Origin: Spirochaetia bacterium
GTDB lineage: Bacteria; Spirochaetota; Spirochaetia; SZUA-6; Bin103
NCBI GenBank assembly: GCA_965203055.1
Contig: OZ241863.1
Coordinates: 2,112,001 to 2,176,000, forward strand
Direction: 5' to 3'
DNA length: 64,000 bases
Shown: positions 41,638-50,194 of the stretch, in pieces
How the letters are laid out: the number at the start of each line of letters is the position of its first letter
How positions within the stretch are numbered: the first letter of the stretch is position 1
Made by a program: the position numbers and the translations under genes
The notes under the pieces: generated by a model
Databases searched by the model: none
What the model was told of the DNA's origin: nothing
What the model saw: the letters and a program-made list of their open reading frames with translations, nothing else

Positions 41638-44577
41638 ATGCGTTGGCGTGATGCAGGTGACTCCGGTGGTGGGTCGGCGGCCGGGAGTAGTGGGACCCTG
41701 AACAAGGCGTCGCTGTATGCCCTGTTGAAGACCATTCTACAGTCGTCCGAGAGGGTGCACGTCGAGGCGGACGATCCGCATTTCAGGCTGACGCTGTCGC
41801 TGACTGACGATGCTCGGGTGGTCCTTGAGGGTGCTGTCCAGGTGGACGGTATCGATCTCTCCGGGCGTGATCTGGGGTTCTCCAGTGACGGGGGGAGCAG
41901 TGTCAGCTTCACGATGCCCGGCATCACGACGGCGGATGAGGGAAGCGACCTCGGGCGGGTAAATACCGTCGAGAAGCTCAACTTCACAGGCGCGGGCGTG
42001 ACGGCGACGCGCGTGCCCGGTTCGCCTGAGACTACCGTCAACATTCCCGGCGCCAACCCTGGGTCGGGCGGTGTGTCGTTGGCGCAGGTGGACGGGCGGA
42101 TCGATGGGAATCCGCGGGTGACGAGTCTGTCGCGCTTCGAGGCGGCGCTCCGCAAGACCACCGTCATCAGCGGACCCGCTGCCTTCACGGTGGCGTCGCC
42201 GAACGCCGCGGTGGCGATCAGCGGGTCGGTGCCGGGCGCGGAAGCGGACCGCGAGCTGGTGGTGGCGGTGACCGGCTCCCCCACCCAGACGTTCCAGCTC
42301 TCCTCGTTCGCCGGCAAGGATGCGGCCGCCGCCGCCATCACGCTCACGGACGCCAACTCGGTAAAGTGGATGGCGGGCACGGTGACGTATCGCCTTGGCC
42401 ACACCGCCGCCGGGGGGTTCGTTGCGTCCGCCAGTACCGCCGCCACCTACACCATCACCTTGACGGACAGCCGGATCGACCTTGAGACGTGGGCGCGGCG
42501 AAACGGCGAGCAGATTCCCGCCAACCGCCTGCCGAACGGCGGCGGGCTGGGGCAGGCTGCGGTGGACGCGCGGATCGACGCGAATCCGCGGGTGACGAGT
42601 CTGTCGCGCTTCGAGGCGGCGCTCCGCAAGACGACCGTCATCAGCGGACCCGCTGCCTTCACGGTGGCGTCGCCGAACGCCGCGGTGGCGATCAGCGGGT
42701 CGGTGCCGGGCGCGGAAGCGGACCGCGAGCTGGTGGTGGCGGTGACCGGCTCCCCCACCCAGACGTTTCAGCTCTCCTCGTTCGCCGGCAAGGATGCGGC
42801 CGCCGCCGCCATCACGCTCACGGACGCCAACTCGGTAAAGTGGATGGCGGGCACGGTGACGTATCGCCTTGGCCACACCGCCGCCGGGGGGTTCGTTGCG
42901 TCCGCCAGTACCGCCGGCACCTACACCATCACCTTGACGGACAGCCGGATCGACCTGGAGGGTTGGGCGCGGTTGAACGGCGGTCAGATCCCCGCCAACC
43001 GCCTGCCGAACGGCGGCGGTCTGACCCAGGGGCAGGTGGACGCGCGCATCGAGCCGTTCGCGCGCGCCGGCACCACCACCAGGGTGCCGGAATCGCACCT
43101 CCCGACCGACCTCGACCACCTTCTGGACGCGCTGGCCGACGGCGGGTGGTCCACGGAGGGGAACAACGCCGCCGAGGATGCCTGGATCGCCCAGGTTGCC
43201 AGCGCCGTGGGCCCGACCATCGGGGCGGCGCGCGGCTACACCTACGCCAGCGCCACCTGGGAGCGGACCGGCCCCACGATTACGCCGGCGTGGCTGACCG
43301 TGCGGGTGCCGGCGGGGCTGAAGGATGAGGTGGCCGCCGGGAACCTGCGTCTGATCGCCGACTACAACAACGACCCGGACGACATGGGCGATATCGCGGT
43401 GTCGAGTGGCTGGATCCACGTGGGGGACAGCACGGACGGCACCTACCGGTACTACATCCAGCGCTTCACGGGGGTGCCGGCGGGAACCAACATCGTGCAG
43501 CGCTACACCCGGTTCCGCATCGACCGCACCAAGCTCGACACCGGGGTGCCGGTGGGGACGGCGGCGGATGCAGGCGCCGTCCTGACCAAGCGCGCTGATG
43601 GGCCGGTCTGGGAGCAACTGCGGCGCCTGCACGGTCTGCAGGTGCTGCATCACGGGAGCATCGCCCGATTGGCCCTTTCCGCCTTGAATGCGATTGGGAC
43701 CCAGAACCTGACCGGCTTCGCCCCGGCGTTCGATCTCGATGATCACCCTGCCGGTGAGATCCATGCGGAGGTGGTGGCGCGCATCGTCACGCGGAGTGCG
43801 TCCAACATCGGGTGGGGCTCTGGTGGCGCGGACATTGATGGCCGGATCGTGGGGTTGGAGTTCGCCAGCGCCGTGGCGGCCGCTGATGCGTTTGTGTCGG
43901 GGGGCACGGTAGAGGGGGTCGAGGTTGGCCACCTCCTCCTTTACAAGGGTGCGGCGAAGCAGGGCGTGCTGCGGTTCTATCTGGGGCGTGACGGCTCGAA
44001 TCGTGCCGGGTATCTGCTCGACTACCGGCCGGAGAGCGGTGCTTCGAGTACCGACAACGTCACCATCGACGCGCAGCTCGACGTGTCGTTCATGCCGGCG
44101 GACGGTGGTGGTGGCAGTACTAGCGGCGTAGGCGCCAAGATTGCGACCTACGCGTTTCCAGTTGCCGCAGCGAGTTACCAGGCCAGGGTCATGATCCACG
44201 GCACATGGACCATCGAAAGCGCTGGCGCCTCGCGATACGAGCGAAGCGGTAACAACGATGCCCTGCGCATCCCGCGGGTTCTGCCGGATACGCAAGTGGG
44301 CTTTCGCGGTGTAGTGAAGGTTGGTTCTGCTACGGTATCGACATTCTTCGTGCCGTGGACGCTGCTGGTTGCGCCATCAACCACTAGCACTCACTTTGAT
44401 CATGTCAATCAGGACTACTACATGACCATTCCTTACGATGCTCGGGATAGTTATACCGTCCTGCTTATCGTGCAACGGCAGGGCTTGAATACCTATAAGG
44501 ACGCTATCTTCTTCCGCGGCTGCGGCGACAATATTCCGGCTGGTGTGACCGTCGAGTTGTACGAGTGGATGGCGTGA
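41638..44577 (+). CDS. Large Gly/Ala/Thr-rich tail-fibre/adhesin-like protein A (979 aa)
   Basis: Strong SD AGGAGGGAGG; 158-aa internal repeat; VEKLNFTGAGVTAT and QVDARI segments reminiscent of phage fibres; no signal peptide. Product is inferred. Confidence 0.7.
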   Translation: MRWRDAGDSGGGSAAGSSGTLNKASLYALLKTILQSSERVHVEADDPHFRLTLSLTDDARVVLEGAVQVDGIDLSGRDLGFSSDGGSSVSFTMPGITTADEGSDLGRVNTVEKLNFTGAGVTATRVPGSPETTVNIPGANPGSGGVSLAQVDGRIDGNPRVTSLSRFEAALRKTTVISGPAAFTVASPNAAVAISGSVPGAEADRELVVAVTGSPTQTFQLSSFAGKDAAAAAITLTDANSVKWMAGTVTYRLGHTAAGGFVASASTAATYTITLTDSRIDLETWARRNGEQIPANRLPNGGGLGQAAVDARIDANPRVTSLSRFEAALRKTTVISGPAAFTVASPNAAVAISGSVPGAEADRELVVAVTGSPTQTFQLSSFAGKDAAAAAITLTDANSVKWMAGTVTYRLGHTAAGGFVASASTAGTYTITLTDSRIDLEGWARLNGGQIPANRLPNGGGLTQGQVDARIEPFARAGTTTRVPESHLPTDLDHLLDALADGGWSTEGNNAAEDAWIAQVASAVGPTIGAARGYTYASATWERTGPTITPAWLTVRVPAGLKDEVAAGNLRLIADYNNDPDDMGDIAVSSGWIHVGDSTDGTYRYYIQRFTGVPAGTNIVQRYTRFRIDRTKLDTGVPVGTAADAGAVLTKRADGPVWEQLRRLHGLQVLHHGSIARLALSALNAIGTQNLTGFAPAFDLDDHPAGEIHAEVVARIVTRSASNIGWGSGGADIDGRIVGLEFASAVAAADAFVSGGTVEGVEVGHLLLYKGAAKQGVLRFYLGRDGSNRAGYLLDYRPESGASSTDNVTIDAQLDVSFMPADGGGGSTSGVGAKIATYAFPVAAASYQARVMIHGTWTIESAGASRYERSGNNDALRIPRVLPDTQVGFRGVVKVGSATVSTFFVPWTLLVAPSTTSTHFDHVNQDYYMTIPYDARDSYTVLLIVQRQGLNTYKDAIFFRGCGDNIPAGVTVELYEWMA
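42087..43034 (+). repeat. 474-bp tandem repeat (2 near-identical copies) within protein A
   Basis: 42108.. and 42582.. are near-identical at an offset of 474 bp. Confidence 0.92.
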
Positions 44578-45653
44578 TGGACTCGCCGTCATTCCCGACC
44601 GGTCGTTCCGCGCCTGACGCGCGCGCCGTGCGGCCGCTGGCGAACGCGCCGCCGGCCTCCCCGGCCCGGACCGTGCGCAACGCCGCCCCGGCCCGGACCG
44701 TGCGCAACGCCGCTCCGCGGACCGTGCCGGCGCTCGACAGCGACATCGAATCCCTGGTCACCGAGGATGATACGCCGGTGGACAACCTGCCCTCCGAGAA
44801 GCAGCAACGCCTGCTCACCGAGCCGTTGTACAGTTCCTGGGCCGGCCCCGGCGGCGGGCGCCCGTTTCTGGCCGCCGCCAACGTGGGCGTGTTCCCTGAA
44901 GCGCGCAATCCGGCGATCGTGCCGGACGTGTTGCTGAGTCTGGACGTGCAGGTGCACGAGAACTGGTGGGACAAGGAGCACCGCTCCTACTTCGTGTGGG
45001 AGTTCGGCAAGGCGCCGGACCTGGTGGTGGAAATCGTGTCCAACCGGAAGGGCGAGGAGATTGGGAAGAAGCGGATGAGGTACGCCCGGATGGGGGTTGG
45101 CTACTACGTGGTCTCCGATCCGTTGCGGCAGGTGATGGGAGATGAGCTGCGCGTCTTTCGGTTGAGCGGCGGGGGATACGAACGCCAGGAGTGGCCCTGG
45201 TTCCCGGAGCTGGGGCTGGGGATGACGCTGTGGGAGGGGGAGTTCGAGGGCGTGCGCAGCCGGTGGCTGCGCTGGACGGACGCGCAGGGCGAGTTGATCC
45301 CCACCGGCAAGCAGCGTGCAGAGCAGCAACAGCAGCGCGCAGAGCAGGAGGCGGCCGCTCGCCAGGCCGCAGAGACCCGTGTCCAACAGGAGGCGGCCGC
45401 GCGCCGCCAGGAAGCGGACGCACGCCAAGCCGCAGAAATCCGCGTCCAACAGGAGGCGGCCGCCCGCCGCCAGGAAGCGGACGCACGCCAAGCCGCAGAA
45501 ATCCGCGTCCAACAGGAGGCGGCCGCCCGCCGCCAGGAAGCGGACGCACGCCAAGCCGCAGAAATCCGCGTCCAACAGGAGGCGGCCGCGCGCCAAGCGG
45601 CCGAAGCGCGGGTGGCCGAACTCGAGGCATTGCTAGGCCGCAGATCCACCTGA
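44577..45653 (+). CDS. Uma2/DUF820 family endonuclease with coiled-coil repeat tail
   Basis: LVTEDDTPVDN, IVPDVLLSL, YFVWEFGKAPDLVVEIVSN, WLRWTD..GELIPTG; TGATG overlap with upstream stop. Confidence 0.9.
   Translation: MDSPSFPTGRSAPDARAVRPLANAPPASPARTVRNAAPARTVRNAAPRTVPALDSDIESLVTEDDTPVDNLPSEKQQRLLTEPLYSSWAGPGGGRPFLAAANVGVFPEARNPAIVPDVLLSLDVQVHENWWDKEHRSYFVWEFGKAPDLVVEIVSNRKGEEIGKKRMRYARMGVGYYVVSDPLRQVMGDELRVFRLSGGGYERQEWPWFPELGLGMTLWEGEFEGVRSRWLRWTDAQGELIPTGKQRAEQQQQRAEQEAAARQAAETRVQQEAAARRQEADARQAAEIRVQQEAAARRQEADARQAAEIRVQQEAAARRQEADARQAAEIRVQQEAAARQAAEARVAELEALLGRRST
45381..45605 (+). repeat. 63-bp tandem repeat (VQQEAAARRQEADARQAAEIR, about 3.5 copies)
   Basis: Unit starts at 45381, 45444, 45507, 45570. 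Confidence 0.92.
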
Positions 45654-45887
45654 CGCTATCTGCGTCGGAAGTGGCCCGGCGGCCCTCGGCTCGGCTGGCT
45701 TGGATAGCTTGGCTCTCGCTGGATTCCCAGAATAGATCGCTGGCCCGGACGGCCCTGCAATGTCCAGCGCTGCCGGAACGTCCCGATCGCCGGCGCTCCG
45801 CGGGTGCCAAGTGCGGCAGTTGACCCGCTACCGGCGATGTTTGGTCGGCGAGCGCAGCCGGGCGCGCAAGACCCTCGACCACGTCGC

Positions 45888-46775
45888 TCACACGTTATAG
45901 CGCTCGAACCGGCCGGCGATGTTCCGGCGGGTAGCTTCCTCCTGCGAAATGAGCTGGCTGGCGGAGAGGCCCGTCAGGTTCTCCATCTGCTCCAATCGCC
46001 GGGCGAACAACGGCAGCCCCAGTTGCTCCGCTCCCCCAGCCTGCGACGTAGTGCTGCCGATGAGAATGTTGTTGGCTGCTTCCAGCTTCGACCGCCCATG
46101 CATGACGTCCCGCACGTACTTGCCGGCCCAGCCCGGGCCGGCATTCCACGCCAGCCCCATGAGCCCGCCTGCCTGCCGGACCGTCCCCACCAGACCCTTG
46201 GTGATGGCATCCGCCACCGGAGCCCAGTGCGACCGCCACAATGCGCCCGTGCGCATGATCTGGTTATTCGACATCCCTTCGTCGACGCGCAGACGTTCCG
46301 CCTCATCGGCGCGGCGTGCGGCAGCTCCCCAATCCGCCCCGAAGTTCTCGCCGGCAAGCGTCGCCCAGGTGTCGCCGGCGTCCCTGTAGACGCCGTTCCG
46401 CACCATCTCGCCATTGATTTCCTCGCCGTCGTTGCGCTTGTCGATCCACCGTTCCTTGCCGATCAGCGACTCGATGATCTGATCGTATTGCTGATCCGTG
46501 CCCTGCCATCGATCCCGGTTCGTGCGCCGGTCATCATTCACCGGTTCGACGGCCCGCGAACCTCCGGTGATCCGGATCACCTGACCGGGATGGATCAGAT
46601 CCGGGTTCTCGATGTTGTTCCGCTGGGCCAGCGCTTGCACCGTCGTGCCGTACCGGCGCGCGATGGCGCCCAGGGTCTCCCCCGGGCGCACCGTATGGGT
46701 CTGCGTCTCCGGAGACCGCGCCTGCCGGCGCCCCGGATGCCCCGGCGCGGCGCCAAACGGAGTATCTGATGCCAT
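45888..46775 (-). CDS. LysM domain protein with putative lysozyme-like C-terminal domain
   Basis: HTVRPGETLGAIARRYGTTVQALAQRNNIENPDLIHPGQVIRI is a clear LysM; VYRDAGDTWAT and GLAWNAG resemble GH24 motifs (tentative); GGAGG before ATG 46775. Confidence 0.75.
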   Translation of the reverse strand: MASDTPFGAAPGHPGRRQARSPETQTHTVRPGETLGAIARRYGTTVQALAQRNNIENPDLIHPGQVIRITGGSRAVEPVNDDRRTNRDRWQGTDQQYDQIIESLIGKERWIDKRNDGEEINGEMVRNGVYRDAGDTWATLAGENFGADWGAAARRADEAERLRVDEGMSNNQIMRTGALWRSHWAPVADAITKGLVGTVRQAGGLMGLAWNAGPGWAGKYVRDVMHGRSKLEAANNILIGSTTSQAGGAEQLGLPLFARRLEQMENLTGLSASQLISQEEATRRNIAGRFERYNV

Positions 46776-46867
46776 CCTGCGATCCTCCCATTGACCAGTG
46801 GCGGCGTCGAAGTATACCCCCAATATCCGCCCTCGTCACCTCCTCGATGGCGGGCGGGCGACGGCGC

Positions 46868-47012
46868 GCGCATTTCCAAAATGCAGGTAAGGGTCGGGCC
46901 GCTTGGCGGCCAAGCCCAGTCCCCGGCTGCGCCGGCGCCTGAGCCGATACCTTCGCCGCCGAAGGAGCGGCGCTGTCCGCGCTGGCCACCGCAGCGCCGC
47001 GCGCCGAGGCCG
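46868..47012 (-). repeat. Internally deleted remnant of the HNH locus at 57526-58983
   Basis: 46868-46919 matches 57526-57580 and 46922-46982 matches 58049-58109. Confidence 0.85.
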
Positions 47013-47074
47013 CTAAGGATAACTTGTTTCCATGTCGTTGTTTATCATATTATGGACTGCATTGTGTACGGGGG

Positions 47075-47103
47075 TTGACAGCCGAACGGAATCACCTTAA
47101 CTT
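47075..47103 (+). promoter_or_regulatory. Putative sigma70 promoter of lipoprotein B
   Basis: TTGACA-17 nt-TAACTT; paralogous to 38137-38165. Confidence 0.55.
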
Positions 47104-47166
47104 ACCAACATATGCCGTCCAGGCGGCATCGCCTCAGTGCTGTCTCCGCTTGCGGGACCGGGGGGA

Positions 47167-48498
47167 ATGATGAAGCATCTGGTGTATCTGGCTCTAGCGG
47201 CAGGCGCTATTGCGGTGACAGGATGTGACGACGTTGCAGCTCCGAAGCCTGCAGCTCCGCTGGCGGCCGCACCGGCGCCTACACCGGCGGCCGAGTACTC
47301 CTGCGGCGATGGCTACATCTTCGACAGTGATCAAGTGCCCGGGCCGGAAGGCGCGGTCGTCAACGATGTCTTCTACTGGGGTTCGAGCACCTCGGGAGCG
47401 GCGCGATGCTTCTCTGACACTCGAAACAACAGCATAGTCGGCAGGGTAGAATCGAACGCGGGCGATGCCATAGCCGCAACAACCATGTCAGTTACCCTTT
47501 CCGGCGAACGCAGGTGGTATCTCATACTTGAATTCTCCGATGGCACCTACTGTTCTGCGGCCACTGCAGGGGATGGGAGAGCGACCTGCTTTGCAACGGT
47601 GGAACGAGATGCTACTGGATTTCGCGTAGACGATCTCCCTGCTGTTCCACTTCCTGTTCCTGAAGGCGCACCGGAGCGTCCTGTTGTAGATCCTCCCGGT
47701 GGTCCCGGTCCTGGTGGTGGCGACGTGGGCGGGGGGCATACCGGTGCCCCGGAGCCTGCCCCGAAGCCGGAAAAGAGGAAATTCAAGAATGCAAGGGTCG
47801 CCTATATTGCGGACCCGGATCAGAGCCGAGGCGGCGTTGACCGCCTGAGATTCGTTACCCGGGAGGGATTGGACGATTACGACGATCTTCCTGACGAACG
47901 TAGGTTGTATTTAATACTTAAGTTGAACGTTCCACGTGACGGTTACATCACCTCTCATAATTGTATTGTGGCTACTACAGGGAATGGGAGAGTGACCTGC
48001 GTTGCACCGTTGAAATTCTGGTGGGACCATTCTCACTGCAGCGACGGCGAATGCAATGGAGACGGTGATGGTCATATTCGGTTTACATATAACGCCACAG
48101 GACGGACCGCGCCGCATCCATCAGTAGACCATTTCCCTACCTCTACCTCGCCTCAATCTTCCGACGGCGACAATGCCATAGGCGTGACAGCCTATCTCCT
48201 CTATAGTGATGTGCAAAGCAACCCTCGCCACTATGGCAGGGAGACTTTTTACGTACCTCCAGGCTGGCCTAGTTCTCCTAGCACAGATAGGTGGTATTTC
48301 ATACTTGCATTCTCCGACCTCCACCCGCATCGCCCGTTTGATCTCGATCTCGATCCAAACGGGGTCAATGATCATACCTTCTGTATTGCGGCAACTAAAG
48401 GTGATGGAATAGTGACCTGCCATGAAATGGTGAAAGGAGTTTCTACTAAATATGCGAATGGTTACATTGACCAATGGGAAGTACCATACGTGCCGTAG
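47167..48498 (+). CDS. Repeat-containing lipoprotein B (paralog of A; 3 C-x11-C repeats)
   Basis: Signal ending VTG-C; first ~175 aa highly similar to A, later units have different loops. Confidence 0.85.
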   Translation: MMKHLVYLALAAGAIAVTGCDDVAAPKPAAPLAAAPAPTPAAEYSCGDGYIFDSDQVPGPEGAVVNDVFYWGSSTSGAARCFSDTRNNSIVGRVESNAGDAIAATTMSVTLSGERRWYLILEFSDGTYCSAATAGDGRATCFATVERDATGFRVDDLPAVPLPVPEGAPERPVVDPPGGPGPGGGDVGGGHTGAPEPAPKPEKRKFKNARVAYIADPDQSRGGVDRLRFVTREGLDDYDDLPDERRLYLILKLNVPRDGYITSHNCIVATTGNGRVTCVAPLKFWWDHSHCSDGECNGDGDGHIRFTYNATGRTAPHPSVDHFPTSTSPQSSDGDNAIGVTAYLLYSDVQSNPRHYGRETFYVPPGWPSSPSTDRWYFILAFSDLHPHRPFDLDLDPNGVNDHTFCIAATKGDGIVTCHEMVKGVSTKYANGYIDQWEVPYVP

Positions 48499-48508
48499 CG
48501 GTGAGCGG

Positions 48509-48552
48509 TGAGGTGGTCACCGGTTGGTTAGACAGTCCGAGGGGTAGGTTAA
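48509..48552. mobile_element. Orphan IS3 end (copy of 39767-39809)
   Basis: TGAGGTGGTC(A)CCGGTTGGTTAGACAGTCCGAGGGGTAGGTTAA. Confidence 0.88.
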
Positions 48553-48601
48553 CCGAGATTCTCAACTACTGCAAGGCCACCCTGATCTCAATCCACAAGA
48601 C

Positions 48602-48630
48602 TTGACAATATCTCAGAACACCGGTAATTT
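48602..48630 (+). promoter_or_regulatory. Putative sigma70 promoter upstream of protein B
   Basis: TTGACA-17 nt-TAATTT. Confidence 0.6.
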
Positions 48631-48791
48631 TGGTACGAAGCGGTCCCGCCGACTACTGGCCGCGAATGGCTTGTCGTTGCGGGACCCGGACATCTGAACG
48701 GGCGCGGGCTGGCGCCGGGCCGGCGGCGGCCTCGGAGCCCCTCGGCCCCCGGCCGTTGGTGGGGTAGATTCTCTGTCAGGAGGTAGGTGAT

Positions 48792-49796
48792 ATGCGTTGG
48801 CGTGATGCAGGTGACTCCGGTGGCGGGTCGGTGGCCGGGAGTAGTGGGAGTTTTGAGGAAGCGCTACGGCGCGTAACTGTCATTGTGGACGGAGATACCG
48901 TCAACATTTTGAATCGTCCTGCTCCCTATCGGATAAGCAGCGATGCTATAGTTCCTGAGAGAGAGGCTGACAGGAGGCTACGGTTGGCGGCGAGCACGTC
49001 GGCTATTGATTCTGCGGAACTGGACGGCGAGTCTACCACGATCAAGCTGTCCGATCTTCTCGCCAAGCAGGTGATTCCGACTCGCTCGCATGTGATGAAC
49101 TCGTCCAACTCGGTGACGTTCCGGGGCGTTGAGGGTAGGACGATGTACATTGGGACGATGTACATTGGCAGGTCAGAAGATCGCCAGTTCCTGATCGGTT
49201 CCGACTCCCCCAGTACCTATCGCGTCTACATCCGTGACGACCGGATTGACATTCGCCCGGAGCGCCTCGAAAGGACGGTTGATGACCGCATCAAGCCGTT
49301 CGCGCGCGCCGGCGCCACCCCCACCAAGATTGCGACCTACAGTTTTCCACCTGCCGATTTAGAGCCGTACCCGGCGGGTACTCCTATCAACGGCAGTTGG
49401 CTCATCGCAAGCACCGCTACCCCCGATCGATACGAGCCAAGCGATGACAACATTGCCCTGCGCATCCCGCGGAATCTGCCGGCTACGCTATCGGGCTTTT
49501 ACGGTGAAGTGAAGGTTGGTTCTACTAAGGTATCGACATTCATCGTGCCGTGGACGCTGGTGGTTGCGCCCACTAGCACTAGCGCTCTCACACTTAACGC
49601 TCATAATGTCGAGCAGGGCTATTACATGACCATTCCTGACAATAATCAGAATGGTTATAGCGTCATGCTTGTCGTGCAACGGCAGGCCGTAAATAACTAT
49701 AAGGACGCTATCTACTTCCGGGGCTGCGGCAACAATATTCCGGCTATTCCGGCTGGTGTGCCCGTGACCGTCGATTTGTACGAGTTGTTGTCGTGA
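48792..49796 (+). CDS. Tail-fibre/adhesin-like protein B (short paralog of 41638-44577)
   Basis: Shares upstream region, N-terminus MRWRDAGDSGGGS.AGSSG, RIxPFARAG and the C-terminal KIATY..FP...YKDAI.FRGCG.NIPA domain. Confidence 0.78.
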   Translation: MRWRDAGDSGGGSVAGSSGSFEEALRRVTVIVDGDTVNILNRPAPYRISSDAIVPEREADRRLRLAASTSAIDSAELDGESTTIKLSDLLAKQVIPTRSHVMNSSNSVTFRGVEGRTMYIGTMYIGRSEDRQFLIGSDSPSTYRVYIRDDRIDIRPERLERTVDDRIKPFARAGATPTKIATYSFPPADLEPYPAGTPINGSWLIASTATPDRYEPSDDNIALRIPRNLPATLSGFYGEVKVGSTKVSTFIVPWTLVVAPTSTSALTLNAHNVEQGYYMTIPDNNQNGYSVMLVVQRQAVNNYKDAIYFRGCGNNIPAIPAGVPVTVDLYELLS

Positions 49797-50020
49797 CGGC
49801 CAATGGCCCTCGCGTACCGTGACAGACAACTTCGGCGGCGGCGTGAATGAGCGGTCGCCGGTATGGCGGCGAGGCGCGACGGCAGCGCTCCGGTGGTGAA
49901 CCGGCCGCCCCCGGCAACCGCAACGGCGCCGTCCACTGCCGTGCCGTCCATGACACTGAGCACCGATCACCAGGGTTACCACGGTCCGGCGCAACGGCGA
50001 GTCCTATCCGATCCGATCGA

Positions 50021-50104
50021 TAAACAACGACATAGAAATAAGTTATCATAGCCTCTGGAACTTGGGTCCGGGAGGTACCGATGGATTGCACCGCTCTCGA
50101 CCAC
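50021..50104 (-). repeat. 84-bp inverted repeat, right copy (partner 38025-38108)
   Basis: See left copy. Confidence 0.9.
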
Positions 50105-50107
50105 TTC

Positions 50108-50194
50108 ACCTATAAGGACGCTATCTTCTTCCGCGGCTGCGGCTACAATATTCCGGCTGGTGTGACCGTCGAGTTGTACGAGTGGATGGCGTGA
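50108..50194 (+). pseudogene. Third, silent copy of the 3' end of the tail-fibre-like genes
   Basis: 86/87 identical to 44491-44577, followed by the 23 nt found downstream of protein B (49797-49819). Confidence 0.9.

Noticed and set aside
41638..50194. Complete diversity-generating retroelement
   Set aside because: No reverse transcriptase or accessory gene in the window, and differences include non-A sites and indels; kept only as a hypothesis.
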